From an uncultured Tissierellaceae bacterium (GTDB lineage: Bacteria; Bacillota; Clostridia; Tissierellales; Tissierellaceae), in the NCBI GenBank assembly GCA_964637035.1, contig CAZWTU010000001.1, positions 57,938 through 121,937 of the forward strand: a stretch of 64,000 nt of DNA, given 5' to 3'. Under the pieces are notes generated by a model. That model had not been told where the DNA came from. It worked only from the letters and a program-made list of their open reading frames with translations, and made no database searches. The stretch's first letter is position 1; every line of letters starts with the position of its first letter. Both the position numbers and the translations under genes were made by a program. Below, in pieces: positions 1-10,249 of the stretch.

Positions 1-1498
1 ACAGGAACAATTAATTGAATATTGGACTTCTTTAGATAAAAAGAAAAAAATAAAGATTTTATCTACTAGTTTAATAGTTTTAGTCAGTTTTACTCTACTG
101 ATTTTAATGTTAACCCGAACTAAGTATTCAGTTTTATATGGTGATTTAAGTTTAAATGATGTAGGTGAAATAACAACTAAACTAGATGAAATGGATGTAA
201 GCTGGAAAACAAGTAATAACCAAAGAAGTATTCTTGTTCCAGAAAAAATGAAAAATAAAATCAAAATTGAATTAGCTACATATGGTCTTCCTAAAGATGG
301 TTATGATTATCTAGATGCTTTCAATGATACAAGTTGGACAATGACTGAATATGATAAAAAGCAAAGAATGAAACTAGCTGACAGAAGTAAGTTAGCTTCT
401 AAGATTAGTGAAATAGATGGAATTTTAAGCGCTGAGGTATTTATTAATGAAAAAGAAAGTACAAATTTCGTATTAGATAACGATGATACCAAAACAACAG
501 CGTCTATATATATTGAAACAAGAGGTAGCCAGCCTATATCATTGGAAAAGGTCAATTCAATAAAGCACTTAGTTGCAGGTGCTGTTACCATGGACCCTGA
601 AGACGTTACGGTAATAGATGATGATGGTAGACTTTTAGGCCAACAAAATGAAAACGAGATTTTTGCTACTGATGTGTTTCTTATAAAACAAAACCTTGAA
701 ACAAGAATAAGTCATAGTATTATAAGATTTTTAGAGAATATTGTAGGTTTTGGAAATGTAGACGTAATGGCAAGTGTTAAAATAAATATGGACAGTCAAA
801 AAACCACTATTGTTGAATTTGCTCCCCCAATAGAAGGTAATGAAGAAGGCCTTGTTCGTTCCTTAGAAGAAGTAGAGGAACACATGATAGGATTACAAGC
901 CGGCGGAGTACCGGGAGTAGACCCAAATACAGAGCCTGATTATCAAATGGAAGACGATGGAACAAATAGATATGATAAGGTTAGTAAAATAATAAATAAC
1001 GAACTAAACCAAATCAATAAAGAAATAAGACAAGCTCCTGGTCAGGTGGAAAGTATTACTGTGGCAGTACTTATTAATAAAGATGCATTGGCAGACGGAG
1101 AAATGACGGATGAAAGGCAAAAAGAATTTGCAGATTTAATTTATGCTGCAACAGGGTTAGACACTAAACAAGTCCAAGTAAGGGCTGAAAGTTTTAATAT
1201 AATAGATAATGGTGATTTCATGTCAAAAGAAAGTTCCTTAAATTGGTTATATGTGGTCTTACCAATTATACTTGCATTAATTATATTAGCAATATTTATC
1301 ATTTCTAGTAGAAAACAAAGCATAAAAGAATCTAAAGAGATTGAGGAATTATTAGCAGAGAAATCTATGATTGAAAGTGAAGTTGAAGATTTAGAATTCC
1401 AGGCTGAAGAATCTAAAATGAAATTACAAATAGAAAATTTTATAGAAAAAAAACCAGAGTCAGTTGCGCAATTGCTTAGGAATTGGTTAAATGAATAG
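1..1498 (+). CDS. fliF: Flagellar M-ring protein FliF, 5' end cut by window edge
   Basis: Track ORF 107..1498 continues upstream in the same frame from nt 2 (QEQLIEYWTSLDKKKKIKILSTSLIVLVSFTLLILMLTRTK...) with no stop, supplying the N-terminal TM helix expected for FliF. C-terminal TM (LYVVLPIILALIILAIFII) plus acidic tail. Directly precedes fliG. Confidence 0.9.
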   Translation, partial: QEQLIEYWTSLDKKKKIKILSTSLIVLVSFTLLILMLTRTKYSVLYGDLSLNDVGEITTKLDEMDVSWKTSNNQRSILVPEKMKNKIKIELATYGLPKDGYDYLDAFNDTSWTMTEYDKKQRMKLADRSKLASKISEIDGILSAEVFINEKESTNFVLDNDDTKTTASIYIETRGSQPISLEKVNSIKHLVAGAVTMDPEDVTVIDDDGRLLGQQNENEIFATDVFLIKQNLETRISHSIIRFLENIVGFGNVDVMASVKINMDSQKTTIVEFAPPIEGNEEGLVRSLEEVEEHMIGLQAGGVPGVDPNTEPDYQMEDDGTNRYDKVSKIINNELNQINKEIRQAPGQVESITVAVLINKDALADGEMTDERQKEFADLIYAATGLDTKQVQVRAESFNIIDNGDFMSKESSLNWLYVVLPIILALIILAIFIISSRKQSIKESKEIEELLAEKSMIESEVEDLEFQAEESKMKLQIENFIEKKPESVAQLLRNWLNE

Positions 1499-1510
1499 GA
1501 GAGAATTAGT

Positions 1511-2515
1511 ATGGCTAAAAGAGATTTCAAAGGAAAAGAAAAGGTAGCAATATTACTCATAGCCTTAGGACCCCAAAAATCAGCTGAAATTTTTAAACAT
1601 CTCAATGAAGAAGAGATTGAAGAATTAACCCTTCAAATAGCTAATATGAGAATGGTATCTCCAGAGGAAAAGAAAATCGTAATTGAGGAGTTTTATCAAA
1701 TATGCTTGGCTCAAGAATATATTTCCGAAGGCGGTATCAATTATGCCAAGGATGTATTGGAAAGAGCTTTAGGAGCTGATAAAGCTGTAAATATAATTAG
1801 TAAACTAACTTCCTCATTGCATGTTAGGCCTTTTGAATTCATTAGGAAGGCTGATCCTAATCAGTTGCTAAACTATATACAAAATGAACACCCACAGACT
1901 ATAGCATTAGTCTTATCATATTTAGACCATCAACAATCAGCGCAAATTTTAGCAAGCTTACCTATAGAGAAGCAATCAGAGGTTACAAGAAGAATTGCAA
2001 TAATGGATAGGACATCTCCTGAGGTAGTAAGAGAAATCGAAAGTGTCCTTGAAAGCAAGTTTTCTAATATATTAGCTCAAGATTTCACTACAACAGGTGG
2101 AATACAAAGTGTAGTAGATATTTTAAATACAGTAGATAGAGGCACAGAAAAACATATTATGGAAGAGTTAGATTTTAGGGATGCAGAATTAAGTGAAGAA
2201 ATAAGAAAGAGAATGTTTGTATTTGAAGACATAATAAGCCTTGATAGTAGAAGTATACAAAGAATTGTTAGAGAAATTGAAAATTCTCAGTGGGCTACAG
2301 CATTAAAAGGTGCTAGTGAAGAGGTTAAAGAACTTATATTTAGCAATATGTCCAAAAGGCTTGCTGAAATGATTAAAGAAGATATCGAATTTATGGGCCC
2401 AGTTAGAATAAGGGATATTGAGGACTCTCAACAAGGCATAGTAAATGTAATAAGAAAGTTGGAAGAAGATGGAGAGATTATTACACCTAGAGGGGGAGAT
2501 GAGGTAATTGTCTAG
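1511..2515 (+). CDS. fliG: Flagellar motor switch protein FliG
   Basis: 334 aa between fliF and fliH. FliG-like segments EKVAILLIALGPQKSAEIFKHL and MSKRLAEMIKEDIEFMGPVRIRDIE. SD-like GGAGAG upstream of the ATG. Confidence 0.93.
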   Translation: MAKRDFKGKEKVAILLIALGPQKSAEIFKHLNEEEIEELTLQIANMRMVSPEEKKIVIEEFYQICLAQEYISEGGINYAKDVLERALGADKAVNIISKLTSSLHVRPFEFIRKADPNQLLNYIQNEHPQTIALVLSYLDHQQSAQILASLPIEKQSEVTRRIAIMDRTSPEVVREIESVLESKFSNILAQDFTTTGGIQSVVDILNTVDRGTEKHIMEELDFRDAELSEEIRKRMFVFEDIISLDSRSIQRIVREIENSQWATALKGASEEVKELIFSNMSKRLAEMIKEDIEFMGPVRIRDIEDSQQGIVNVIRKLEEDGEIITPRGGDEVIV

Positions 2516-3296
2516 TATAATTAAATCCTTTAGAGTAATAAATAAAGAAGAAGCTAGTGGTAGTAAGATAGCTCACATTACAAAAGATAAATCTATGAAA
2601 CCAATAATAGAAGCTGCCAAAAAAGAAGCTCAAGAGATAATTAAAAAAGCTGAAATTCAAGCAGAAATTATAGCCAACAATGCAAAAAAACAAGCTTTAA
2701 ATATGATAAAATCTGGAGAAGACAAAAGTGATTTATTTATACATAATGCATATGAAAAATCAAAGGACATCTTCAACGAAGCCAAAAACAATGGGTTTAC
2801 ATTAGGATATGAAGAAGGATATGAATTAGGATATGAAAAAGGTTATAGTGAGGGTAAAACTGATTCTGACATCTTGATAAAAGAGGCTTTGGAAATAAAA
2901 AGAAAATATATAAAAGACAAAGAAAAATTATTGAAAGATTCTGAAAAGGATATTATAGAGCTAGTTACTGTTATTTATGAAAACTTAATTCACAAAAAAA
3001 CTGAAGAAGATAGCGAGCTCATTATTTCATTAGTTTTAAAAGGAATTGAAAATTTAGACTTAAATGACAAACTTACTATTATAACTTCAAAGGAAGATTA
3101 TGATATAGTCCAAATGTCAAATGACATTATATTAGCAAAGTCTAACCTTATTTCAGAATTAGAAATTAAGTATGATGCAAAATTAGAAAAAGGTGATTGT
3201 ATACTAGAAACTTCTAAAGGTAGTATTGATGCTAGTCTAAACAACCAATTATCAGAGGTAAAAGAACTTTTAACCTCAATATTAAATAATGAGTGA
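2508..3296 (+). CDS. fliH: Flagellar assembly protein FliH
   Basis: TTG start overlapping the fliG stop, purine-rich SD (GGGGGAGATGAGG). GYEEGYELGYEKGYSEG motif. Position immediately before fliI. Confidence 0.8.
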   Translation: MSSIIKSFRVINKEEASGSKIAHITKDKSMKPIIEAAKKEAQEIIKKAEIQAEIIANNAKKQALNMIKSGEDKSDLFIHNAYEKSKDIFNEAKNNGFTLGYEEGYELGYEKGYSEGKTDSDILIKEALEIKRKYIKDKEKLLKDSEKDIIELVTVIYENLIHKKTEEDSELIISLVLKGIENLDLNDKLTIITSKEDYDIVQMSNDIILAKSNLISELEIKYDAKLEKGDCILETSKGSIDASLNNQLSEVKELLTSILNNE

Positions 3297-3300
3297 TTAA

Positions 3301-4626
3301 ATGGAAAAACATATAAATTTAAAAAAATATATTAATGCGGTAAAAGAAAAAAGATTTATGAAGTATACAGGTAGAATAACAAAGGTTACTGGTTTAACTA
3401 TAGAATCTAATGGGCCTATGGCTACTATAGGAGAAATCTGTTATATATATCCTGATAGGAGCAAAAAACCAATATTATCAGAGGTTGTTGGATTTAAAGA
3501 AGATAAAATACTATTAATGCCCTTAGGTGAAATGGAAGGAATTGCTAGTGGTAGCTTAGTTGTTGGAAGTGGCAAGACTTTAAATGTAACCGTAGGTGAT
3601 GACCTAATTGGAAGAGTATTAGATGGTCTAGGAAATCCTATAGATGGTAAGGGAAATATAAAATCTGATAAGGTTTATCCTGTATCTAGTCAACCACCTA
3701 ATCCTCTAGACAGAAGCGTAATTAAGGAACCTTTATCTTTTGGAATTAAGGCTATCGATGGCCTATTGACCTGTGGTAAAGGTCAAAGAATAGGAGTATT
3801 TGCTGGTTCTGGGGTTGGGAAATCTACTTTAATGGGCATGATATCAAGAAACAGCAAAGCTGATGTAAATGTTATAGGTTTAATAGGTGAACGGGGCAGG
3901 GAAGTAAAAGAGTTTTTGGAAAACGACCTAACTGAGGAAGGATTGGCAAAGTCAATTATAGTGGTCGTTACTTCTGATGAACCCGCATTAATTAGATTAA
4001 AGGGAGCTATGGTAACCACTGCAATAGCTGAATATTTTAGAGATAAGGGACTAAATGTTATGTTGCTTATGGATTCTTTAACAAGATTTGCAATGGCCCA
4101 AAGAGAAATAGGACTAGCTATTGGAGAACCACCTGTATCTAGAGGATTTACACCATCTGTATTTGCCATTATGCCAAAACTCCTTGAAAGAGCTGGAACA
4201 TCTAATAAGGGTAGCATTACAGGTCTCTATACTGTCTTAGTAGATGGAGATGATTTATCAGAGCCTGTTACTGATGCTGCTAGGGGAATATTAGATGGTC
4301 ATATAGTATTATCTAGAAACATGGCAAATGCTAACCATTATCCGGCAATAGATGTTTTAGAAAGTATATCTAGGGTTATGCCAAATATCATTAGTAAGGA
4401 ACATCTTAAAATGGCTAATGCAATAAAAGATATAATGGCTGTATACAAGGAATCAGAGGATTTAATAAATATTGGTGCCTATAAAATGGGTTCAAATAAA
4501 AAAATAGATTTAGCCATAAATTTAATAGAGAATATAAATACTTTTTTGAAACAAGAGACAGCCAATACCACTGATTTTGAGGAAACATTAGCTAAAATAG
4601 AAGAAATTTATCATGAAATAAACTAA
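3301..4626 (+). CDS. fliI: Flagellum-specific ATPase FliI
   Basis: 441 aa F1/T3SS-type ATPase. Walker A GSGVGKST and Walker B region VMLLMDSLTR. Confidence 0.95.
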   Translation: MEKHINLKKYINAVKEKRFMKYTGRITKVTGLTIESNGPMATIGEICYIYPDRSKKPILSEVVGFKEDKILLMPLGEMEGIASGSLVVGSGKTLNVTVGDDLIGRVLDGLGNPIDGKGNIKSDKVYPVSSQPPNPLDRSVIKEPLSFGIKAIDGLLTCGKGQRIGVFAGSGVGKSTLMGMISRNSKADVNVIGLIGERGREVKEFLENDLTEEGLAKSIIVVVTSDEPALIRLKGAMVTTAIAEYFRDKGLNVMLLMDSLTRFAMAQREIGLAIGEPPVSRGFTPSVFAIMPKLLERAGTSNKGSITGLYTVLVDGDDLSEPVTDAARGILDGHIVLSRNMANANHYPAIDVLESISRVMPNIISKEHLKMANAIKDIMAVYKESEDLINIGAYKMGSNKKIDLAINLIENINTFLKQETANTTDFEETLAKIEEIYHEIN

Positions 4627-4647
4627 TTAGGTTTGGAGGTAATATAA

Positions 4648-5082
4648 TTGTTAGGATATACTTTTAAACTAGAAAAAATTCTAAATTATAAAGAAGATAT
4701 TGAAAATGTAAAAAAAGGTGTACTTGGAAATATAAATAATAAGTTAAACAAAGAAGAAGAAAAATTAATAATTTATAACCAACAAAAAGAAATTTTAATA
4801 AATAAAAGAAATGAACTACAAGTGAAAACAGACATAAGAAGTTTAAAATTGTATAACAACCATTTATCAGATATATCTAAAGATATAAAAAAACAGGAAG
4901 AATTAATTCACCAAATAAACATAAAATTAGATTGTGCCAAACAGGAATTACTGGAAGCTGTGAAAGAAAAGAAAACTTTGGAAAAGCTAAAAGAAAAAGA
5001 TTATAGTCAATTTATAGCCGAAGAAGATAAAAAACAGGAAAAGATAATAGATAATATTGTCTCATTTAAAAATACAAATTAG
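4648..5082 (+). CDS. fliJ: Flagellar export chaperone-like protein FliJ
   Basis: 144 aa, K/E-rich coiled-coil protein directly after fliI. TTG start with GGAGGT SD. Confidence 0.7.
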   Translation: MLGYTFKLEKILNYKEDIENVKKGVLGNINNKLNKEEEKLIIYNQQKEILINKRNELQVKTDIRSLKLYNNHLSDISKDIKKQEELIHQINIKLDCAKQELLEAVKEKKTLEKLKEKDYSQFIAEEDKKQEKIIDNIVSFKNTN

Positions 5083-5098
5083 AAATAGAGGAAAATCT

Positions 5099-6337
5099 AT
5101 GGATACTATGGAAGAGAAAAATAAAGGAAAAAAGAGAAAACTGCTTAAATTTATATTTATTTTACTTATAACTTTTCTTGTAATACCAGTAATTATTTTC
5201 AGTGTTTTTTATAACAGTAATAAGGCTTTTAAACAAAATATAAATAATTCTTTTTCTAAGATGCCAGGGGTAATAGGTGAATATTTCAGTAATTATCCCA
5301 CAGAAGAAGAAAAGGATGAAAAAGTGGATTATCTAGCAAAGCATTTTTTAAAATTTGATCCTGATGTAGCTGCAGATAAGATTTATATAATAAAAAAAGA
5401 AGATGAGGGCTTATATTTTAATTTAATAAAAGAAATGAATTCTATCTCAACTAAAAAAACTGAAGACATTGTATTAAAAATAAGAAACATGGAACTTAGA
5501 AAAGATTTATTAGTCTCTACCTACGAGGAAGCCAAGGATGAAGAAAAACAGGAAATTCTCTCGGAAATTTCTCGGATGGAGAACCAAGATATTAAATTGT
5601 CATTAATTGAAATAGAAAATAATTTTCTTGAAAGAGATTTTTTAGAAATATTAAGTAGGGTTGATAAAAACAAACTTAGTGAATTACTATATTATATGGA
5701 TGGTGATATAAAAGATTATATATTGAAGTCCTTTAAAGAAGAAAAAAGAAATGAAATACAAAGATTAATTTATATTATAGATAGTAAAGAAAAAAATTTG
5801 AAAGATATTGCTCAACTTTACGAAACCAGGCCCATAGATCAAGTCACCACTGAAATAGGGAATTTTGAAAGTTACTCAATGGAAGAATTAGGGATTATAT
5901 ACACAAATCTATCAAATGTAAAAGCTGGTGAATTATTATATAGTATTGGAGACGAAAAATTTACTGAAGAATTATTTATTGAAATTGCAAGACGTGAAAA
6001 CATAATACAATCTAATGACAACATTATTGAAAATATAAGTAAGGCAATAGAATTTATTACTGAATACAATTTAAAAATTAAAGATTTGGTTCAAATATAT
6101 GAAAAAATGGCACCAGGTAAAGTTGCTAAAATAGTTGAAAGCATGATTACAAATGAAGAAACAATTACATCCCTTGAACTTAATGATGAAAATGCTTATA
6201 ACTTATCTGATAATTTAATTATTATTGATGTCTTATCAAGGATGAAAAATCAAACCTTATCTAAGGTTTTGGATTTTATGGAAGCTGAAAATGCTTCTAG
6301 GGTTACAAGAGAACTTGCTAAACCTAAGCAAAAATGA
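5099..6337 (+). CDS. Membrane-anchored MgtE_N/MotE(YlxF)-like flagellar operon protein, unusually long
   Basis: ATG 5099 (GAGG about 7 nt upstream) preferred over track start 5057, which overlaps fliJ. N-terminal TM LLKFIFILLITFLVIPVIIFSVF. The C-terminal KMAPGKVAKIVESM...LSKVLDFMEAENASRVTRELAK resembles MgtE_N/MotE helical repeats. Occupies the ylxF slot between fliJ and fliK. Confidence 0.6.
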   Translation: MDTMEEKNKGKKRKLLKFIFILLITFLVIPVIIFSVFYNSNKAFKQNINNSFSKMPGVIGEYFSNYPTEEEKDEKVDYLAKHFLKFDPDVAADKIYIIKKEDEGLYFNLIKEMNSISTKKTEDIVLKIRNMELRKDLLVSTYEEAKDEEKQEILSEISRMENQDIKLSLIEIENNFLERDFLEILSRVDKNKLSELLYYMDGDIKDYILKSFKEEKRNEIQRLIYIIDSKEKNLKDIAQLYETRPIDQVTTEIGNFESYSMEELGIIYTNLSNVKAGELLYSIGDEKFTEELFIEIARRENIIQSNDNIIENISKAIEFITEYNLKIKDLVQIYEKMAPGKVAKIVESMITNEETITSLELNDENAYNLSDNLIIIDVLSRMKNQTLSKVLDFMEAENASRVTRELAKPKQK

Positions 6338-6354
6338 TTAAAGGAGGTGAACCA

Positions 6355-7689
6355 ATGGAAGCTAAAGCAAATATATTATTAGATAATTCTAGTATAATAA
6401 GAACTGGCAGTAAAAAAGTAAGTTTTAATGGGAATAAAGGCTTTAATTCTCCAATTAAATCTAATATGAAAGACAATAAAGAAGAAAACCAATTTCAAGC
6501 TAAAGTTGAAAAAATAATGAAAAACAAAGAAAATAAGTTAGAAAAAGATGTCAAAAGTTTAAAATATAAAAAGCAAGTAGAAGATTTAGAAAATCCTGAG
6601 AGAGAAGAAAAAGACTTGCCCATTAATTATGAAGATAAATATAATTTATTTTTAAATGTTTTTCAAAAGATATCTGAATTTGATAAAAATGATGATTTAA
6701 CTGTAGATGAAGATATCAGTATTTTAAATTTAGAATCTTTGTTAACATTAAAACCTGATGAAATAGAAAATATTCATATTCTAGAGAAAGATTCATCAGT
6801 TAGTATATCTGAACTAAAGATCAATGAAATTGAAAACCAGGGATTACTAGTAGATGAAGAAGGATTAGAAATAGATATAGGTTTAAAATTAGATGTTGAT
6901 AGAAGTAAATCTATGAAAGTTATAGATGAAGAAAGTGAAATTAATCCTAAGTTATCAATGACAAATGAAAATTTAGAATTAGATGATGATGGGGTTGAAA
7001 TGTCAACTAATGAAGATAACAAATTAATCTTAAATGACATTACTTCTAATGATGAGGATAGTAAAGATTTTAGTGAAAGCCAAGGATTCAAAGAGCCTAA
7101 TGTAAAAGAAATAAATGAAGACTCAGGAATCAAGATAAAAGAAAAAACAAACATACAAGATAAAATTAATTTCACACTAGAAAAACAAGAAGTAAAGATT
7201 GATGGGATGCCAAATCTTGAGATGGAGGATAATCAACCTATTGATAAAAACCAATTCATGAATCATATTCTTGAAAAAGTAAAATTTGATTTAAGTAATA
7301 ATAAAAATCAAATTAAAGTTACCTTAAAGCCAGAATCTTTAGGGGAAATGATTATGGAAGTAGAAGTTGTAAAAAACACTTTAGTAGCTAAAATCATGGT
7401 TGATAATCATAGAGCAAAAGAAATTATTGAAAATAATCTGTTTCAACTAAAAGAAGGTATAAAAGATACAGGATTAGAAATAAAAACATTTGAAGTTTTT
7501 GTAGGCAAGAATAGTGACTTCGATAAACACAATTCTAATCAATTTAATTTTAATGGAAGAAACAAAAAAATCAAACTCAAAAAAGAAATTGAAGATAAAA
7601 AAATTGGATTATATGAAGATAATATAAAAATGGATGCAAAAAATCCAATATATCTATCTTCAGGTACAAGTTTAAATTTATTTGCTTAG
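6355..7689 (+). CDS. fliK: Flagellar hook-length control protein FliK
   Basis: ATG 6355 behind AAAGGAGGTG. Acidic low-complexity centre. C-terminal Flg_hook-like segment QIKVTLKPESLGEMIMEVEVVKNTLVAKIMVDNHRAKEIIENNLFQLKEGIKDTGLEIKTFEVFV. Precedes flgD. Confidence 0.75.
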   Translation: MEAKANILLDNSSIIRTGSKKVSFNGNKGFNSPIKSNMKDNKEENQFQAKVEKIMKNKENKLEKDVKSLKYKKQVEDLENPEREEKDLPINYEDKYNLFLNVFQKISEFDKNDDLTVDEDISILNLESLLTLKPDEIENIHILEKDSSVSISELKINEIENQGLLVDEEGLEIDIGLKLDVDRSKSMKVIDEESEINPKLSMTNENLELDDDGVEMSTNEDNKLILNDITSNDEDSKDFSESQGFKEPNVKEINEDSGIKIKEKTNIQDKINFTLEKQEVKIDGMPNLEMEDNQPIDKNQFMNHILEKVKFDLSNNKNQIKVTLKPESLGEMIMEVEVVKNTLVAKIMVDNHRAKEIIENNLFQLKEGIKDTGLEIKTFEVFVGKNSDFDKHNSNQFNFNGRNKKIKLKKEIEDKKIGLYEDNIKMDAKNPIYLSSGTSLNLFA

Positions 7690-7698
7690 GAGGGAAAT

Positions 7699-8112
7699 AT
7701 GGTGAAAGTAAATGATGAATATAAAGAATATATTTATAATTTCAAAGAACAGGAAGAAACCAAAGGAGTAGATACTAAAGGCATGCATAATCTTGACAAG
7801 GACGCGTTTTTAAAGCTTCTAACTACACAATTAGCTAATCAAGATCCATTAAATCCTATAGAAGACAGGGAGTTCATTGCACAATTAGCACAATTTAGCT
7901 CTTTAGAACAAATGACTGCCTTAAACAAAACCGTGGAGAATACTTCCGAAGAAATGATAGTTTCTCTTGAAAATATGAATTTAAATCAAATTCAGGCTAA
8001 TGTTGAAATTTTAAAAGAAATTACTAATATTAGAAAGGCTATGGATGCTTACTTTGATTTCGATAAAAATGAATTACCCAAAGAAGATGATACACCAACA
8101 AAAATAGAATAA
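7699..8112 (+). CDS. flgD: Flagellar hook capping/assembly protein FlgD (short form)
   Basis: N-terminal FlgD signature [39 protein letters not shown]. 137 aa. Confidence 0.9.
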   Translation: MVKVNDEYKEYIYNFKEQEETKGVDTKGMHNLDKDAFLKLLTTQLANQDPLNPIEDREFIAQLAQFSSLEQMTALNKTVENTSEEMIVSLENMNLNQIQANVEILKEITNIRKAMDAYFDFDKNELPKEDDTPTKIE

Positions 8113-8130
8113 TTATAAGAGGTTGAAAAT

Positions 8131-8514
8131 ATGAAAGACATGAATATAAGGGAAATTGAAAGTAGATTAATAAAATTAAATCAAAACAATATTAAGAAGT
8201 CAAACAAAGTATCAAATAAGAATTTCCATGAAATTTTGGAGAATATCGATAAAAACAATGTAGAAATTAAGTTTTCAAAACATGCTACAAAAAGACTATC
8301 AAATAGAAATATGGATATTAGTCTAGAGGATATGGTAAGGTTAGAAAAAGCTTTTAGAACAGCGGAAAATAAAGGCGTTAAGGATGCATTGATTTTAATG
8401 GATAACAAGGCTTTTATAGCTAATATTAGTAGCAAAACAGTGATTACAACTATTAATAAAGATCAACTAGAAGAAAAGGTATTTACAAATATTGATGGGG
8501 CAGTAATAATATAA
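8131..8514 (+). CDS. Small flagellar-operon protein of unknown role (TIGR02530-like, recalled from memory)
   Basis: 127 aa between flgD and flgE. KFSKHATKRLSNRNM ... VITTINKDQLEEKVFTNIDGAVII resembles the conserved flagellar operon protein family found at this position in Clostridia/Bacilli. Not verified by search. Confidence 0.5.
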   Translation: MKDMNIREIESRLIKLNQNNIKKSNKVSNKNFHEILENIDKNNVEIKFSKHATKRLSNRNMDISLEDMVRLEKAFRTAENKGVKDALILMDNKAFIANISSKTVITTINKDQLEEKVFTNIDGAVII

Positions 8515-8589
8515 CTGGACCTTATGGAAGTTATGTAAATCTGACTGATGGATGATTTACTACTGCTCAATAAAATGGAGGAATGAAAT

Positions 8590-9975
8590 ATGATGAGGTC
8601 AATGTACTCGGCAGTATCAGGGCTGAGGATACATCAAGGCAAGATGGATACAATTGGTAACAATATAGCCAATGTTAACACAGTAGGGTTTAAAAAGGGA
8701 CAAGTATCCTTTCAAGAAGTATTTAGTCAAGTTACTAGAGGAGCATCAGCCCCCCAAGGTGGAAAAGGTGGTACAAATCCTCAACAAATAGGAATGGGAG
8801 CCTCTGTAGGCTCTATAAGCACAGTACACACCAATGGACCTGGGCAGAGAACTGACAACCCTACAGATTTGATGATAGGTGGAGAAGGATTTTTTGTTGT
8901 ATCGGATGATACCGGATTTAATAACAAATTTTATACAAGGGCAGGCAACTTAACATTAGATAGAGATGGAAATCTTGTAACTGCTGATGGTTTTAAAGTC
9001 TTAGGATACGCAGCCGATGAAGAGGGCAATATTCAAAGTGACGTAACTAATATTAGGATAAACAAATCAGAAACAAAGGCACCAACTGCTACTGATAAAA
9101 TAAATTTTGAGGGGAATTTGAACTCTAACGGAGATGGTGGAAAATTTGATACAACTATCCAAGATTCACTTGGTAATTCTTACAAAATTACATTTGAGCT
9201 TCAGAAGGGTGAAAAAGATGAAGATGGTAATGTTCAGTGGGACCTGTCTGTTGCAAGGTTTACTGATTTAGCTACTGGGAATTATACAGAAACAGATTTA
9301 GATGGTTTAATTGATATAACTGATGGATTAACATTTGATTCCAATGGTAAATTAACCCATATAGGTGATGCTGAAATTGGTGGAGATGGATTTTCTGATT
9401 CTATATCAATAAATGCAGAAGGATTAAATGGAATCAACTTTACCCATACTAAGGATCAAAAGCCAGGTGAAGATCCTACTCTGACAGATATATCACCTTC
9501 AGGTACATTTAACAATATAACCTTATTTGATCCAGATGACCCAGATAGTATAAAATATATCACCCAATACGCCAATGAAACAGACTTAACCCCTAAAGCT
9601 AAAACAGGTAATACGTCAGGCGTATTAGAAGGTTTTACCATTGATGCCACAGGTACAGTAACAGGAGTATTTACCAACGGAGAAAGGAAATCTTTAGGTC
9701 AAATTATGCTTGCTAAGTTTGACAACCCTATGGGACTTCAAAAAATGGGAGGTAACTTTTTCTTAGATACAAGAAACTCCGGTGAGCCTCAATTTGGGAA
9801 GGCAAACACAAGTGGATTTGGAGGAATAGAAGGTGGTACACTTGAAATGTCAAATGTAGATATATCATTAGAATTTACAGAGATGATAACTACACAAAGA
9901 GGTTTCCAAGCAAATTCAAGAATAATAACTACATCAGACGAAATGTTACAAGAACTAGTTAATATGAAAAGATAA
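8590..9975 (+). CDS. flgE: Flagellar hook protein FlgE
   Basis: N-terminal rod/hook signature MMRSMYSAVSGLRIHQGKMDTIGNNIANVNTVGFKK. C-terminal LEMSNVDISLEFTEMITTQRGFQANSRIITTSDEMLQELVNMKR. Confidence 0.93.
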   Translation: MMRSMYSAVSGLRIHQGKMDTIGNNIANVNTVGFKKGQVSFQEVFSQVTRGASAPQGGKGGTNPQQIGMGASVGSISTVHTNGPGQRTDNPTDLMIGGEGFFVVSDDTGFNNKFYTRAGNLTLDRDGNLVTADGFKVLGYAADEEGNIQSDVTNIRINKSETKAPTATDKINFEGNLNSNGDGGKFDTTIQDSLGNSYKITFELQKGEKDEDGNVQWDLSVARFTDLATGNYTETDLDGLIDITDGLTFDSNGKLTHIGDAEIGGDGFSDSISINAEGLNGINFTHTKDQKPGEDPTLTDISPSGTFNNITLFDPDDPDSIKYITQYANETDLTPKAKTGNTSGVLEGFTIDATGTVTGVFTNGERKSLGQIMLAKFDNPMGLQKMGGNFFLDTRNSGEPQFGKANTSGFGGIEGGTLEMSNVDISLEFTEMITTQRGFQANSRIITTSDEMLQELVNMKR

Positions 9976-9985
9976 TTAGTAAAAA

Positions 9986-10013
9986 TAGGGGAGACTTACC
10001 TCTCCCTTATTTT
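9986..10013 (+). terminator. Intra-operon stem-loop with short U-tract after flgE (partial terminator or RNA stabiliser)
   Basis: TAGGGGAGA (9986-9994) pairs with TCTCCCTTA (10001-10009): 9 bp including one G-U, with a 6-nt loop, followed by TTTT. Confidence 0.5.
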
Positions 10014-10033
10014 AAATAAGGGAAGTGGCCTAA

Positions 10034-10246
10034 ATGATCAAAGTAAAAAGATTAAATCAAAAAGAATTTGTAATTAATAGTGAACTTATTTATCTTATTG
10101 AAGAAACACCTGATACTGTTATTTTCCTTAGTAATGGTAAAAAATTTGTGGTAGCAGACTCAATAGATGATATTATTAATAAAGTCATTGAGTATAAATC
10201 AAAAGTAAATAAGTTTAAAATTAAATTTTATGATGAGGAGGTGTAA
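10034..10246 (+). CDS. flbD: Flagellar protein FlbD
   Basis: 70 aa, MIKVKRLNQKEFVINSELIYLIEETPDTVI..., directly upstream of motA as in Clostridia and spirochetes. Confidence 0.8.
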   Translation: MIKVKRLNQKEFVINSELIYLIEETPDTVIFLSNGKKFVVADSIDDIINKVIEYKSKVNKFKIKFYDEEV

Positions 10247-10249
10247 TCT

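Noticed and set aside
2806-2860. Repetitive GGATATGAA-type DNA in fliH, and acidic/asparagine-rich repeats in fliK (6600-7200).
   Set aside because: They encode the GYE(E/K)GY motif typical of FliH and the low-complexity FliK linker. They are not tandem-repeat elements or CRISPR-like arrays.
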